A stretch of 64,000 bases of DNA from IMGVR_UViG_3300027541_000009:1-64000, one strand, 5' to 3'. Shown: positions 8,579 through 16,267, numbered from the stretch's first letter. Notes: a model not told the origin generated them from the sequence alone. Translations and numbers: made by a program.

Positions 8579-9554
8579 ACTGGAACAACCAAGAACGGAA
8601 ATGTCTGTAATTTTTCCAACTAAACCTGCAACTGTGAAACTGCATCCTCTTCCTAAAAATGCAGAGGCAATTACATATCGAGTAGAAGATAATATTATTC
8701 TTTCTGCATGGATGCCTGATGGTTATCATACTGTGCAAGAGCAATATGAAATGACTGATGATGATTTTTACCATGAGAACTGTGAGGGATGTGAACGTAA
8801 TTGTTATTCATTTCTAAATCAGTATACTGATGAAGAAACTGATGAAGTAGATTGGGATCAAGTTCCTGGTGGTTATTATGGACATTGCAATGTTTATGAT
8901 GAAGGTTATTGTGGTCAAGATTGTCCTGAAGGTCATGTAAAAAAAGATTCCAATCTGGAATTTGATATTTCTAACATGGTGTTTGAAATTTCACTCACTC
9001 ATCTTGGAGATTCTGCACGTTTTACTCCAGTTGCTGATAGTGCATATCTTGCCGCAGGTGTTTTTACTAATGATAATGTAAAAAGTACAGAAACTAGGAT
9101 GCCCGCAAATGTTTTCGGTTCCGAAGACAACCCTGAAGGTATTTGCTGGGGATATAATAGCAAACCACATACTCTCAGGGAAATTGTAACTGAATATTAC
9201 AACACTCCATTTAACAATGATCTCACACCCATCGAGTGCTTTGAGGAAAATTGTAGGAGTATTCGATCTATGAAAAATCGTCATGACTTCTGCAGTACAG
9301 ATGATAATTATCTTTGCCAAGGTGCAGATCAACTAATCATGGTAGATGCAGAGAAAAATAAGACTGCATTTTTCCATCTCCTGACTGCAGGATACAAGTC
9401 ACTATCAAAAGCACCCCATATTATGATACTCCCTGTCAAAGAGAGTACTATTCATAAAAATGGAAATGTATTTGAAGGATATTTGACAGATGAAGATTCT
9501 GTGGGAAAGCAGTGGTTTATTACAACTGATGGTCTTTTGATTGGTCAGGTGTGA
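8565..9554 (+). CDS. prokaryotic E2-like protein (Prok-E2_D/PRTRC protein B-like)
   Basis: PANVFGSEDNPEGICWG then YYNTPFNNDL, matching the E2 N-x-G.IC active-site pattern; lies between JAB and E1; alternative start ATG 8601. Confidence 0.7.
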   Translation: MSATLLEQPRTEMSVIFPTKPATVKLHPLPKNAEAITYRVEDNIILSAWMPDGYHTVQEQYEMTDDDFYHENCEGCERNCYSFLNQYTDEETDEVDWDQVPGGYYGHCNVYDEGYCGQDCPEGHVKKDSNLEFDISNMVFEISLTHLGDSARFTPVADSAYLAAGVFTNDNVKSTETRMPANVFGSEDNPEGICWGYNSKPHTLREIVTEYYNTPFNNDLTPIECFEENCRSIRSMKNRHDFCSTDDNYLCQGADQLIMVDAEKNKTAFFHLLTAGYKSLSKAPHIMILPVKESTIHKNGNVFEGYLTDEDSVGKQWFITTDGLLIGQV

Positions 9555-9608
9555 CACTTTTTCAGGTGTCCACTACCCCTTCAAAAGTCCATCCTCACCT
9601 GCTATAAT
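9551..9608 (+). promoter_or_regulatory. early promoter of the E1 gene
   Basis: GTGACAC-N8-GTGTCCAC, 41.5 bp before TGC-TATAAT. Confidence 0.8.
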
Positions 9609-9629
9609 AACTTCATAATCAAAAAACAA

Positions 9630-10343
9630 ATGAATTTCACTCCCGACAAAACTTTCGTTATTGGTTCTGGTGGAAGTGGTGGTCATCTTATTCCAGCACT
9701 TGCTCGTCTCCTTGCATATCACAAAAATACGCAAGATTCTACTCTAACCGTCATTGATGGGGATGAGTATGAAGAAAAGAATATGACTAGGCAAATTGTT
9801 GCACCTTCTCAGGTGGGATTGAACAAAGCACAAGCAATGAAAGACTTCTGTAATTATCAGGGTCTTGAGAACGTAGATTATAAAGCAGATTTCATTTCTG
9901 CTTCTACGTTTATTCCAATGCTTCGACGTTCAGAAGCACCTATGGTCATTGCATGTGTAGATAATGATGCAACTCGTCTTGCACTTATCAATGCAATCAA
10001 TTCAATGCCTGAAGATAAAGACTTTTTCTTCATCACTCCTGGTAACTCTGATGGAGTTGAAGATGTAAAAGGTCAAACTCTTTGGTATGGTAGAATCGGT
10101 GGAGTTAAAGTTGGTTGTAATCCTGCTCTAGTGTATCCCAACATTGATAATCCTCAAGATAGTATTCCACATCAAGGATCTTGTGCTCTTCATGCACCTT
10201 CTCGTCCTCAACTGATTGCTGCTAATTTTATGGCAGCATCTATTACTCTGATGGTGATTCAAAATCTTTTGGATGGTCAAATTGATCCATCTCAAAGTTC
10301 TATGTTCTTTAATCTTCGTAACCTGAAGACATCTGCTGCATGA
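9630..10343 (+). CDS. ThiF/E1-like ubiquitin-activating enzyme
   Basis: IGSGGSGG, DGDEYEEKNMTRQ, NKA, CVDN..TR, candidate catalytic Cys in QGSCA; no CxxC zinc motifs. Confidence 0.9.
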   Translation: MNFTPDKTFVIGSGGSGGHLIPALARLLAYHKNTQDSTLTVIDGDEYEEKNMTRQIVAPSQVGLNKAQAMKDFCNYQGLENVDYKADFISASTFIPMLRRSEAPMVIACVDNDATRLALINAINSMPEDKDFFFITPGNSDGVEDVKGQTLWYGRIGGVKVGCNPALVYPNIDNPQDSIPHQGSCALHAPSRPQLIAANFMAASITLMVIQNLLDGQIDPSQSSMFFNLRNLKTSAA

Positions 10344-10400
10344 GGACACAAAAGGAACTGGCACAGTGAACCTCCAGTTCCTCCACAGATGCCCTATAAT
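10344..10400 (+). promoter_or_regulatory. early promoter
   Basis: GGACAC-N8-CTGGCAC, 41.5 bp before TATAAT. Confidence 0.8.
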
Positions 10401-10422
10401 ACACAAGTAATCAACCAATCCA

Positions 10423-10758
10423 ATGTCCACCGAAACTATTGCTGTCAACGACAATCTAGTTAAAATTGATAATGTTTTGACTGCTTTGAACTACCTCCTA
10501 GAGGAAGTTCAGACTCGAAAAGAACAAATTGTCAATTCTATTGACGTTGGTGAAAAAGTTCGCAATGAAATCAACACCCGTCGATTCAAAGATGAATTGT
10601 TTTATTACATTCGCAATGAATATGGTGAGGGTCTTTGTCGTGAAGTTGCATTTATGGTAATGGAACGAATTGATGATGATATTGAAGCATTTATCAATTC
10701 TCGGGTAAACAAAGCACTTGCTGCTGCAGGTGTCAATCTAAACAACAATAACGTCTGA
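10423..10758 (+). CDS. hypothetical helical protein
   Basis: ORF after promoter. Confidence 0.75.
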   Translation: MSTETIAVNDNLVKIDNVLTALNYLLEEVQTRKEQIVNSIDVGEKVRNEINTRRFKDELFYYIRNEYGEGLCREVAFMVMERIDDDIEAFINSRVNKALAAAGVNLNNNNV

Positions 10759-10886
10759 TGGAAATTTCAACTTACAGTTTTTCAGGTGATATTATCACCG
10801 TCATTGGTTTTATTGGAGTTCTATCTACACTGTTAATTGTCTATACGGCATTTACTAGATATTTTAAAAATGCTCTTCGCAAATAA
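10758..10886 (+). CDS. small single-TM membrane protein (42 aa)
   Basis: TGATG overlap; hydrophobic IITVIGFIGVLSTLLIVYTAF. Confidence 0.55.
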   Translation: MEISTYSFSGDIITVIGFIGVLSTLLIVYTAFTRYFKNALRK

Positions 10887-10918
10887 TACTTCTAAATAAA
10901 TCAACCATTATTATTCAC

Positions 10919-11146
10919 ATGGAAAACGTCAAAACTATTAAAGATTACGAAAAAGAACTGAAAACAGAGAAGAAGAGATACGATAAACTTCTAAAGGCAC
11001 TTAAGAAGTGTACCAGTTCTTATCAGTATGAAAATCTTTATGATGAAATTGAAGTTCTCGCAGAAGATATCAATCAACTTCAAATGATCATCACCGAACT
11101 TAGACAGAAGAAAAAGAAAGAGCAGGAAGAACTACTTGAAATTTGA
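10919..11146 (+). CDS. coiled-coil hypothetical protein
   Basis: CTAAATA late-like element upstream. Confidence 0.7.
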   Translation: MENVKTIKDYEKELKTEKKRYDKLLKALKKCTSSYQYENLYDEIEVLAEDINQLQMIITELRQKKKKEQEELLEI

Positions 11147-11147
11147 A

Positions 11148-11372
11148 ATGACTAATATCTATTCTGAAATTCTAAAAATGGATAGTTTTGAATTGAATAA
11201 TAACCCGATGAATGAACAATTCTATAACATTCCATTGACTCCAGATCAACTTAAAACAGTGATGGATCTATTGACAGATGTTGGAGAGAATGCTATTCTC
11301 AATGACATCAGAGTTTTTCTAAACGAGGAGTATGGATTTGATTACGTTCCATTTTATGAATTTGAGGACTAA
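11148..11372 (+). CDS. hypothetical protein
   Basis: ATG 1 nt after upstream stop. Confidence 0.65.
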   Translation: MTNIYSEILKMDSFELNNNPMNEQFYNIPLTPDQLKTVMDLLTDVGENAILNDIRVFLNEEYGFDYVPFYEFED

Positions 11373-11382
11373 ATAATGCCAT

Positions 11383-11441
11383 TGTGCCACTTCTTCAGGT
11401 GGCACAATATGCTTGACAAACCACTCAAAACCTGTTATATT
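11383..11441 (+). promoter_or_regulatory. early promoter upstream of the tRNA cluster
   Basis: TGTGCCAC-N8-GTGGCACA; TTGACA-N17-TATATT. Confidence 0.9.
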
Positions 11442-11468
11442 AGGTACATAGTCAAGGAGGTTCTTCAA

Positions 11469-11618
11469 ATGATCAACACCTATCTTCTTCACGACGATTA
11501 CGAAAGTTTTGCTTCCAAGTATCTTGGAATTGATTACGAAGATTATGTGAATCTTCAACTGAGTCTTCCTGATGAAGATGAAATTGAGGAAGTTGAGTAC
11601 GAAGTTCCAGTTTTTTGA
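11469..11618 (+). CDS. small acidic protein (49 aa)
   Basis: AAGGAGG SD before ATG 11469. Confidence 0.75.
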   Translation: MINTYLLHDDYESFASKYLGIDYEDYVNLQLSLPDEDEIEEVEYEVPVF

Positions 11619-11680
11619 TAACTAACTTTCTAGGAAACTAGATTTTTTAAATACTACACTTCATAGTGTAGTATTATTAT

Positions 11681-11753
11681 GGGCAAGTAGCATAATGGAT
11701 AATGCATCAACCTTCTAAGTTGCCGATTGTAGGTTCGAGTCCTACCTTGCCTG
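11681..11753 (+). tRNA. tRNA-Arg(UCU)
   Basis: GGGCAAG/CTTGCCT acceptor stem, CT-TCT-AA loop, GTAGG-TTCGAGT-CCTAC T arm; no encoded CCA. Confidence 0.92.
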
Positions 11754-11780
11754 TTAGATTCTAATTAGAATCTAAATTAT

Positions 11781-11868
11781 GCGAGTGAGACTTGGTAGTC
11801 AGAGAGGTCTTATAAACCTTTTCCGCCAGATTAGCGGCTTTGAGATGGTTCGAATCCATCCACTCGTA
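11781..11868 (+). tRNA. tRNA with UAU anticodon (Ile) and long variable arm
   Basis: GCGAGTG/CACTCGT acceptor stem, AGGT-CTTATAA-ACCT, CCGC/GCGG variable stem, GATGG-TTCGAAT-CCATC. Confidence 0.8.
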
Positions 11869-11890
11869 TTACTCTAAACTACACTTAGAG

Positions 11891-11898
11891 TATAAATA
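11891..11898 (+). promoter_or_regulatory. T4-type late promoter
   Basis: TATAAATA upstream of HNH gene. Confidence 0.75.
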
Positions 11899-11922
11899 AA
11901 TGTGTAGAGTGATCTAACTCCT

Positions 11923-12339
11923 ATGATAGGAAAATGTAAAAACTGCGAAAAAAACTTTAAGTATTCTCCATCACAAGGAAAAGGAATTTATTGTTCAAAT
12001 AAATGCCAACAAAAAGATTACTACAAACAAAATATTACCGATTGGTTATCCAAAAAAATAACTGGAAAGGTTAGAGATGGAAGACCAAGTGATTTTGTTA
12101 GAAGGTATATGCTTGAAGAAGCAGGATACAAATGTTCTGAATGTGGTTGGGGAAAAGCAAATCCAACAAATGGTATTATCTATCTTGAAATAGACCACAT
12201 AGATGGTTCAAGAAAAAATGGGTATAGGGAAAATCTTAGAGTATTATGTCCCAATTGCCATACCTTAACTAATACCTACAAAACACTAAACAAAAATATA
12301 GGGTATCACAAATCAAGAAAACAACAATTAAATGATTAA
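11923..12339 (+). CDS. HNH homing endonuclease inside the tRNA cluster
   Basis: CSECGW...LEIDHIDG...N..ENLRVLCPNCH; N-terminal CxxC...YCSxxC. Confidence 0.88.
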   Translation: MIGKCKNCEKNFKYSPSQGKGIYCSNKCQQKDYYKQNITDWLSKKITGKVRDGRPSDFVRRYMLEEAGYKCSECGWGKANPTNGIIYLEIDHIDGSRKNGYRENLRVLCPNCHTLTNTYKTLNKNIGYHKSRKQQLND

Positions 12340-12342
12340 CTT

Positions 12343-12415
12343 GCTGGTTTAGCTATCTGGTGAAAGCACCCGACTCATAATCGGTATCAGGTGGGTTCGA
12401 TCCCCTCAACCAGCA
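12343..12415 (+). tRNA. tRNA with CAU anticodon (elongator Met or Ile2)
   Basis: GCTGGTT/AACCAGC acceptor stem, CT-CAT-AA loop, TTCGA T loop; identity not resolvable by eye. Confidence 0.88.
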
Positions 12416-12432
12416 CTTAATTTTTACTTACA

Positions 12433-12621
12433 ATGGACTTAATTCTTGCCCCACTTATTTGGTTATACAAACCAAGAGTTTCCCAATATAAGAATTCATG
12501 TTCTTATGAAGTAAATGTGGTTCAAGGATCACCAGAGTTTATTGATAATTCTAGTTCATTATTTAAACAATGTCTAAAGTATAGGATACAAGACTCTTTA
12601 AATGATAGCACAAGACCATGA
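12433..12621 (+). CDS. hypothetical protein
   Basis: ATGA overlap with next gene. Confidence 0.55.
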   Translation: MDLILAPLIWLYKPRVSQYKNSCSYEVNVVQGSPEFIDNSSSLFKQCLKYRIQDSLNDSTRP

Positions 12622-13388
12622 AACTGAAAGTCTTAAGTGATTTGCACCTGGAACATTTTACTGCCTGTCAGGTTTATCCTGTAGGTGAAGGTGATGTTCT
12701 AGTTCTTGCTGGTGACATTCTTAATGCCAAGCACTTCAAGACTGATGGTTATGTCCACGCAGTCTATGATAGATTCCTGAATGATTGCAGCAAGAACTAC
12801 GATAAAGTTCTTTATGTATTTGGAAATCACGAATACTATGGATATAATTATGAAGGTGCAAAGAGGAAGATAAAAGAGAATCTTCCTCATAATTTTCATA
12901 TTCTTGACAATGACACAGTTAAAATTGGAGACTGGAACTTTATAGGTTTCACTCTCTGGACAGACTTTAGAGATGAAAATGCTCTAGAAATGATGGAAGC
13001 AGCACAAGTGATGAATGACTATAAAGTTATTCGTATCACTCCAAAGTATCGGAAACTGAATCCAACAGATACTCTCAACTTCCATAAGGATAGTAAGAAG
13101 TATCTGCTAAATCAACTACAAACACTGAATGAAAACGTATTTGTCATCAGTCATCACGCACCGAGTTATCAATCTATTCCGCAGGAATACAAAAAGAATG
13201 CAAATGGTGCTTATTGTAGTAATCTTGATACTCTTATTCTAAATCATCCACAAATTAAATACTGGGTTCACGGACATACGCACACTGCTTTTGATTATAT
13301 GATTGAGCAGTGTAGAGTTATCTGCAATCCTGGTGGTTATCCTGGTCAAAACACTGGGCATGATTGTAATATGTTTATTGATCTTTAA
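12618..13388 (+). CDS. calcineurin-like metallophosphoesterase
   Basis: SDLH, AGDI, GNHE, SHH, HGHTH motifs. Confidence 0.92.
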   Translation: MKLKVLSDLHLEHFTACQVYPVGEGDVLVLAGDILNAKHFKTDGYVHAVYDRFLNDCSKNYDKVLYVFGNHEYYGYNYEGAKRKIKENLPHNFHILDNDTVKIGDWNFIGFTLWTDFRDENALEMMEAAQVMNDYKVIRITPKYRKLNPTDTLNFHKDSKKYLLNQLQTLNENVFVISHHAPSYQSIPQEYKKNANGAYCSNLDTLILNHPQIKYWVHGHTHTAFDYMIEQCRVICNPGGYPGQNTGHDCNMFIDL

Positions 13389-13396
13389 TTAAAATT

Positions 13397-13708
13397 ATGG
13401 CAACTTGGAGAGCAGATCTTTTCGTCAACTCAAGAGTGGGTAGAATCACCACTGAAGTTGAAGCAGCAACATTTTCTGGAGCAAAAGAACAAATTTATGC
13501 AAAGCATGGAAATGTTCAACAAATCACAAATTTAAGAGAAGTTAGAAATTCAAACGGGAGTCAAACTTCAAGTGGTGATTACAGTGGATTGTTACCAGCA
13601 ATAGCAATTCTATTTGTATTAGGATTGATAGTAACTTACTGGTACATTGCAGTTCCAGTCTTAGTGTTGATCGCAATTCTCTATTTTTATGGGAAATCAA
13701 ATGACTAA
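13397..13708 (+). CDS. hypothetical membrane protein
   Basis: C-terminal hydrophobic segments. Confidence 0.7.
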   Translation: MATWRADLFVNSRVGRITTEVEAATFSGAKEQIYAKHGNVQQITNLREVRNSNGSQTSSGDYSGLLPAIAILFVLGLIVTYWYIAVPVLVLIAILYFYGKSND

Positions 13709-13904
13709 AATTAAAACTCTACTTATTTTTTGCATTTTTAGTGCATGTCCAGCAGTAGCACAAGAATATGCTTATATCAATGTGAATCGAGTATGTGCTG
13801 CCATCGTTAACATTCCATATGCATCTGATAATTTTACAGATGAAGAATGGAATCAATTTCAAGATTGTGTTAAATTCATTGACAAATTTGACCGTGTAGA
13901 GTGA
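13701..13904 (+). CDS. hypothetical protein with signal-peptide-like N-terminus
   Basis: KIKTLLIFCIFSACPAVA; two further Cys. Confidence 0.6.
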   Translation: MTKIKTLLIFCIFSACPAVAQEYAYINVNRVCAAIVNIPYASDNFTDEEWNQFQDCVKFIDKFDRVE

Positions 13905-13911
13905 CATTGGT

Positions 13912-13968
13912 GGACACTTCTTCAAGTGTCCATTACACCCAGGATTTGCCCTGGACACCTGCTATAAT
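13912..13968 (+). promoter_or_regulatory. early promoter
   Basis: GGACAC-N8-GTGTCC, 41.5 bp before TATAAT. Confidence 0.85.
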
Positions 13969-13996
13969 ACTTACATACAAACAAAGGAGGTTTCAC

Positions 13997-14416
13997 ATGT
14001 CCCCGAAGTTCAAGTTCCCTCGCATCGAAGCAGGTCTTTATCAAGTTGTTAAAGATAAAGAACCTGTTGGACTGATTCAAAAGCAAGTCGATGGGAAGGA
14101 AGTTACTTGGTGGATCTATAACACTACCAATGTGGATGAAATTGGTGCTGTTACTTGTGTGGGCAATCCTGATGACCTACTGAGAGAAGCAAAGGAAGTT
14201 GCACAAAAATACTTTACTGAAAATTCTGAATCTAAATCTACTGTGGTTGAGCAGGAAGTAGTAGTGAAACCTGAGAAGAAAGTTGAACTTGAGGAAGACT
14301 TTTTTGATAGTATGAGTGCATTTGAAGATTTTGAAGATGGTTTTGTTAATGAGGAAGTTGACCTCTCTGATATTGACCTCTCTTACTCTGAAGAAGAGGA
14401 ACTTGCACTTGTTTAA
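13997..14416 (+). CDS. hypothetical protein with acidic tail (paralog of 18188..18589)
   Basis: AAGGAGG SD before ATG 13997. Confidence 0.8.
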   Translation: MSPKFKFPRIEAGLYQVVKDKEPVGLIQKQVDGKEVTWWIYNTTNVDEIGAVTCVGNPDDLLREAKEVAQKYFTENSESKSTVVEQEVVVKPEKKVELEEDFFDSMSAFEDFEDGFVNEEVDLSDIDLSYSEEEELALV

Positions 14417-14576
14417 TTTTAATATCTCGGATGATGGGAGCACTTTCCATGAGGATGCTCCCTCTTTTTTTATTGACGATGCAGAAGAATCTGCTTATGA
14501 ATTTTGCTATGAAGTAGAAATGAAAGCAGCAATGCTTGGTGTAACTGTAGACTACTACCTCATGGAATTTGTATGA
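14316..14576 (+). CDS. small acidic protein (start uncertain)
   Basis: C-terminal AAMLGVTVDYYLMEFV; ATGA overlap with next gene. Confidence 0.5.
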   Translation: MHLKILKMVLLMRKLTSLILTSLTLKKRNLHLFNFNISDDGSTFHEDAPSFFIDDAEESAYEFCYEVEMKAAMLGVTVDYYLMEFV

Positions 14577-14950
14577 CTGATTGGAAAGTTAAAGTAGAAA
14601 CTCAAGATCATCAAATTAGAACTGTTACTGTCCAAGACTTTACATACCCTTCAGATGCAAGTCGTGCAGCACTCGCACAAAGTGCAGGAACTAGAGTAAT
14701 AAGTGTTACTCCATCTTATCATGATGAAGATGATCCTCGATATAATTATTATTTCGATCATGATTATCATAAATCGGATGTATCAGATTATTCTACAGAA
14801 ACAAGAACTTACTATGAGGAAACAAAGTTAGATTGGTTTTCTTATTACTTAATTGCAACTTCAATTCCTACTCTAGTTCTATACTTCATCAATCCAGTAT
14901 TTGCTATCATCTTTAATGCTTTATTCTTGTGGTGGTGGTACAAAAAGTGA
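14573..14950 (+). CDS. hypothetical membrane protein
   Basis: Two C-terminal TM-like segments. Confidence 0.7.
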   Translation: MTDWKVKVETQDHQIRTVTVQDFTYPSDASRAALAQSAGTRVISVTPSYHDEDDPRYNYYFDHDYHKSDVSDYSTETRTYYEETKLDWFSYYLIATSIPTLVLYFINPVFAIIFNALFLWWWYKK

Positions 14951-14994
14951 ACTGTCCATATAAACCCACAAAACAAGATCCCACATGCTATAAT
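14938..14994 (+). promoter_or_regulatory. early promoter (degenerate left half-site)
   Basis: Right half CTGTCCA at the standard distance from TGC-TATAAT. Confidence 0.65.
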
Positions 14995-15008
14995 AACCCT
15001 AAGATAAC

Positions 15009-16244
15009 TTGATTATGAAGCACCTTCGACCTTACCAAACAAAAGCAATTGACATTCTAAAGAAGCATAACAAAGGTAAGGTGATCTTTCCCACTGGTGC
15101 AGGGAAAACTATTGTCATGCTGGAAGATGCAAAGCAGAGGATTCTATCTTCCAGCAAACCACTTAATTTTGTAATTGTTGCACCTAAGATTCTTCTTGCT
15201 GCACAACTTGCTTCTCAATTTCAATCATATCTGAAAGATCAGGATATTTATATTTCTCATGTCCACTCGGGTGAGAATGGAACAACAGACGTAAATCATA
15301 TTAAAGTAGGTTGCCAAGTCATCAAAAGCATTGGTAAGCATCATTTCATGTTTACCACTTATCAATCACTTCCTCGTATCAATGATGCAGGAATTGAGAT
15401 TGACTTCTGCTATTTTGATGAAGCACATCATTCTACAAAGAAAAATAACTTTGTAGGTGTTGCTCAGACATCACATGTCTCTAAAAATACTTTCTTCTTT
15501 ACTGCTACACCAAAGCACAATGATACTGAGAGTTCAATGTGCAACTCTCATGTTTATGGTGGCAATTTGATTTCAATTCCTGCAACTGACCTGGTTTCGG
15601 ATGGTTACATCATTCCACCACAGATCAGAACTTATACTGCAGAAACTGCAAGGACAAAGGATAATGCACCATTTGTAGATGCAGAAAATATAATCAATTT
15701 TCTGAACAGTATTGATGAGGAAATTCAAAATCCTAAAGTTCTAGTTGCATCTCCATCTACACAAGTCATTGTAAACATGTTCAGTGAGACTGACTTGCTG
15801 ATGGAACTTTCTGCACGTAACTTTACAGTTTGTCACATCACCAGTAAGTATGGGGCAATCATCAACAATCATAAAGTAACTCGTGAAGAGTTTTTTGAAC
15901 GTCTCAATGCTATGGGTGCAGATGACAATGCAAGGTTCATTATCTTTCACCATTCGATCATCAGTGAAGGAATTGATATTGCAGGCATGAATTGTGCATT
16001 GCTTCTTCGCAATCTTCCTTACATTGATATGGTTCAAACTATTGGAAGGATCATCCGAATGCACAAGCAAGATTATCAAGACATTCAAAACGGATTGATA
16101 GTTCCTGGTGACTTCTCAAAGTATCGGAAACCATGTGGCATTGTTTCAGTTCCAGTCAAGAACAACTATGGTGATGCTATTGCTCGTAGGTTGCAATCTG
16201 TTGTTGATGCCATCTTTGTAAGGGGTGAAACTCCAGTTGCATAG
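15009..16244 (+). CDS. superfamily 2 (DEAH-type, ResIII-like) helicase
   Basis: LRPYQ, PTGAGKT, DEAHH, TATP, ISEGID, QTIGRIIR. Confidence 0.9.
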   Translation: MIMKHLRPYQTKAIDILKKHNKGKVIFPTGAGKTIVMLEDAKQRILSSSKPLNFVIVAPKILLAAQLASQFQSYLKDQDIYISHVHSGENGTTDVNHIKVGCQVIKSIGKHHFMFTTYQSLPRINDAGIEIDFCYFDEAHHSTKKNNFVGVAQTSHVSKNTFFFTATPKHNDTESSMCNSHVYGGNLISIPATDLVSDGYIIPPQIRTYTAETARTKDNAPFVDAENIINFLNSIDEEIQNPKVLVASPSTQVIVNMFSETDLLMELSARNFTVCHITSKYGAIINNHKVTREEFFERLNAMGADDNARFIIFHHSIISEGIDIAGMNCALLLRNLPYIDMVQTIGRIIRMHKQDYQDIQNGLIVPGDFSKYRKPCGIVSVPVKNNYGDAIARRLQSVVDAIFVRGETPVA

Positions 16245-16267
16245 ATATTGCAACTTATAAATTTAAT

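Noticed and set aside
9630-10343. ThiF/MoeB as a thiamine or molybdopterin biosynthesis auxiliary gene
   Set aside because: No thiG, thiS-GG, moaD/E or cysteine desulfurase nearby; it lacks CxxC zinc sites and is flanked by E2-like and JAB genes.
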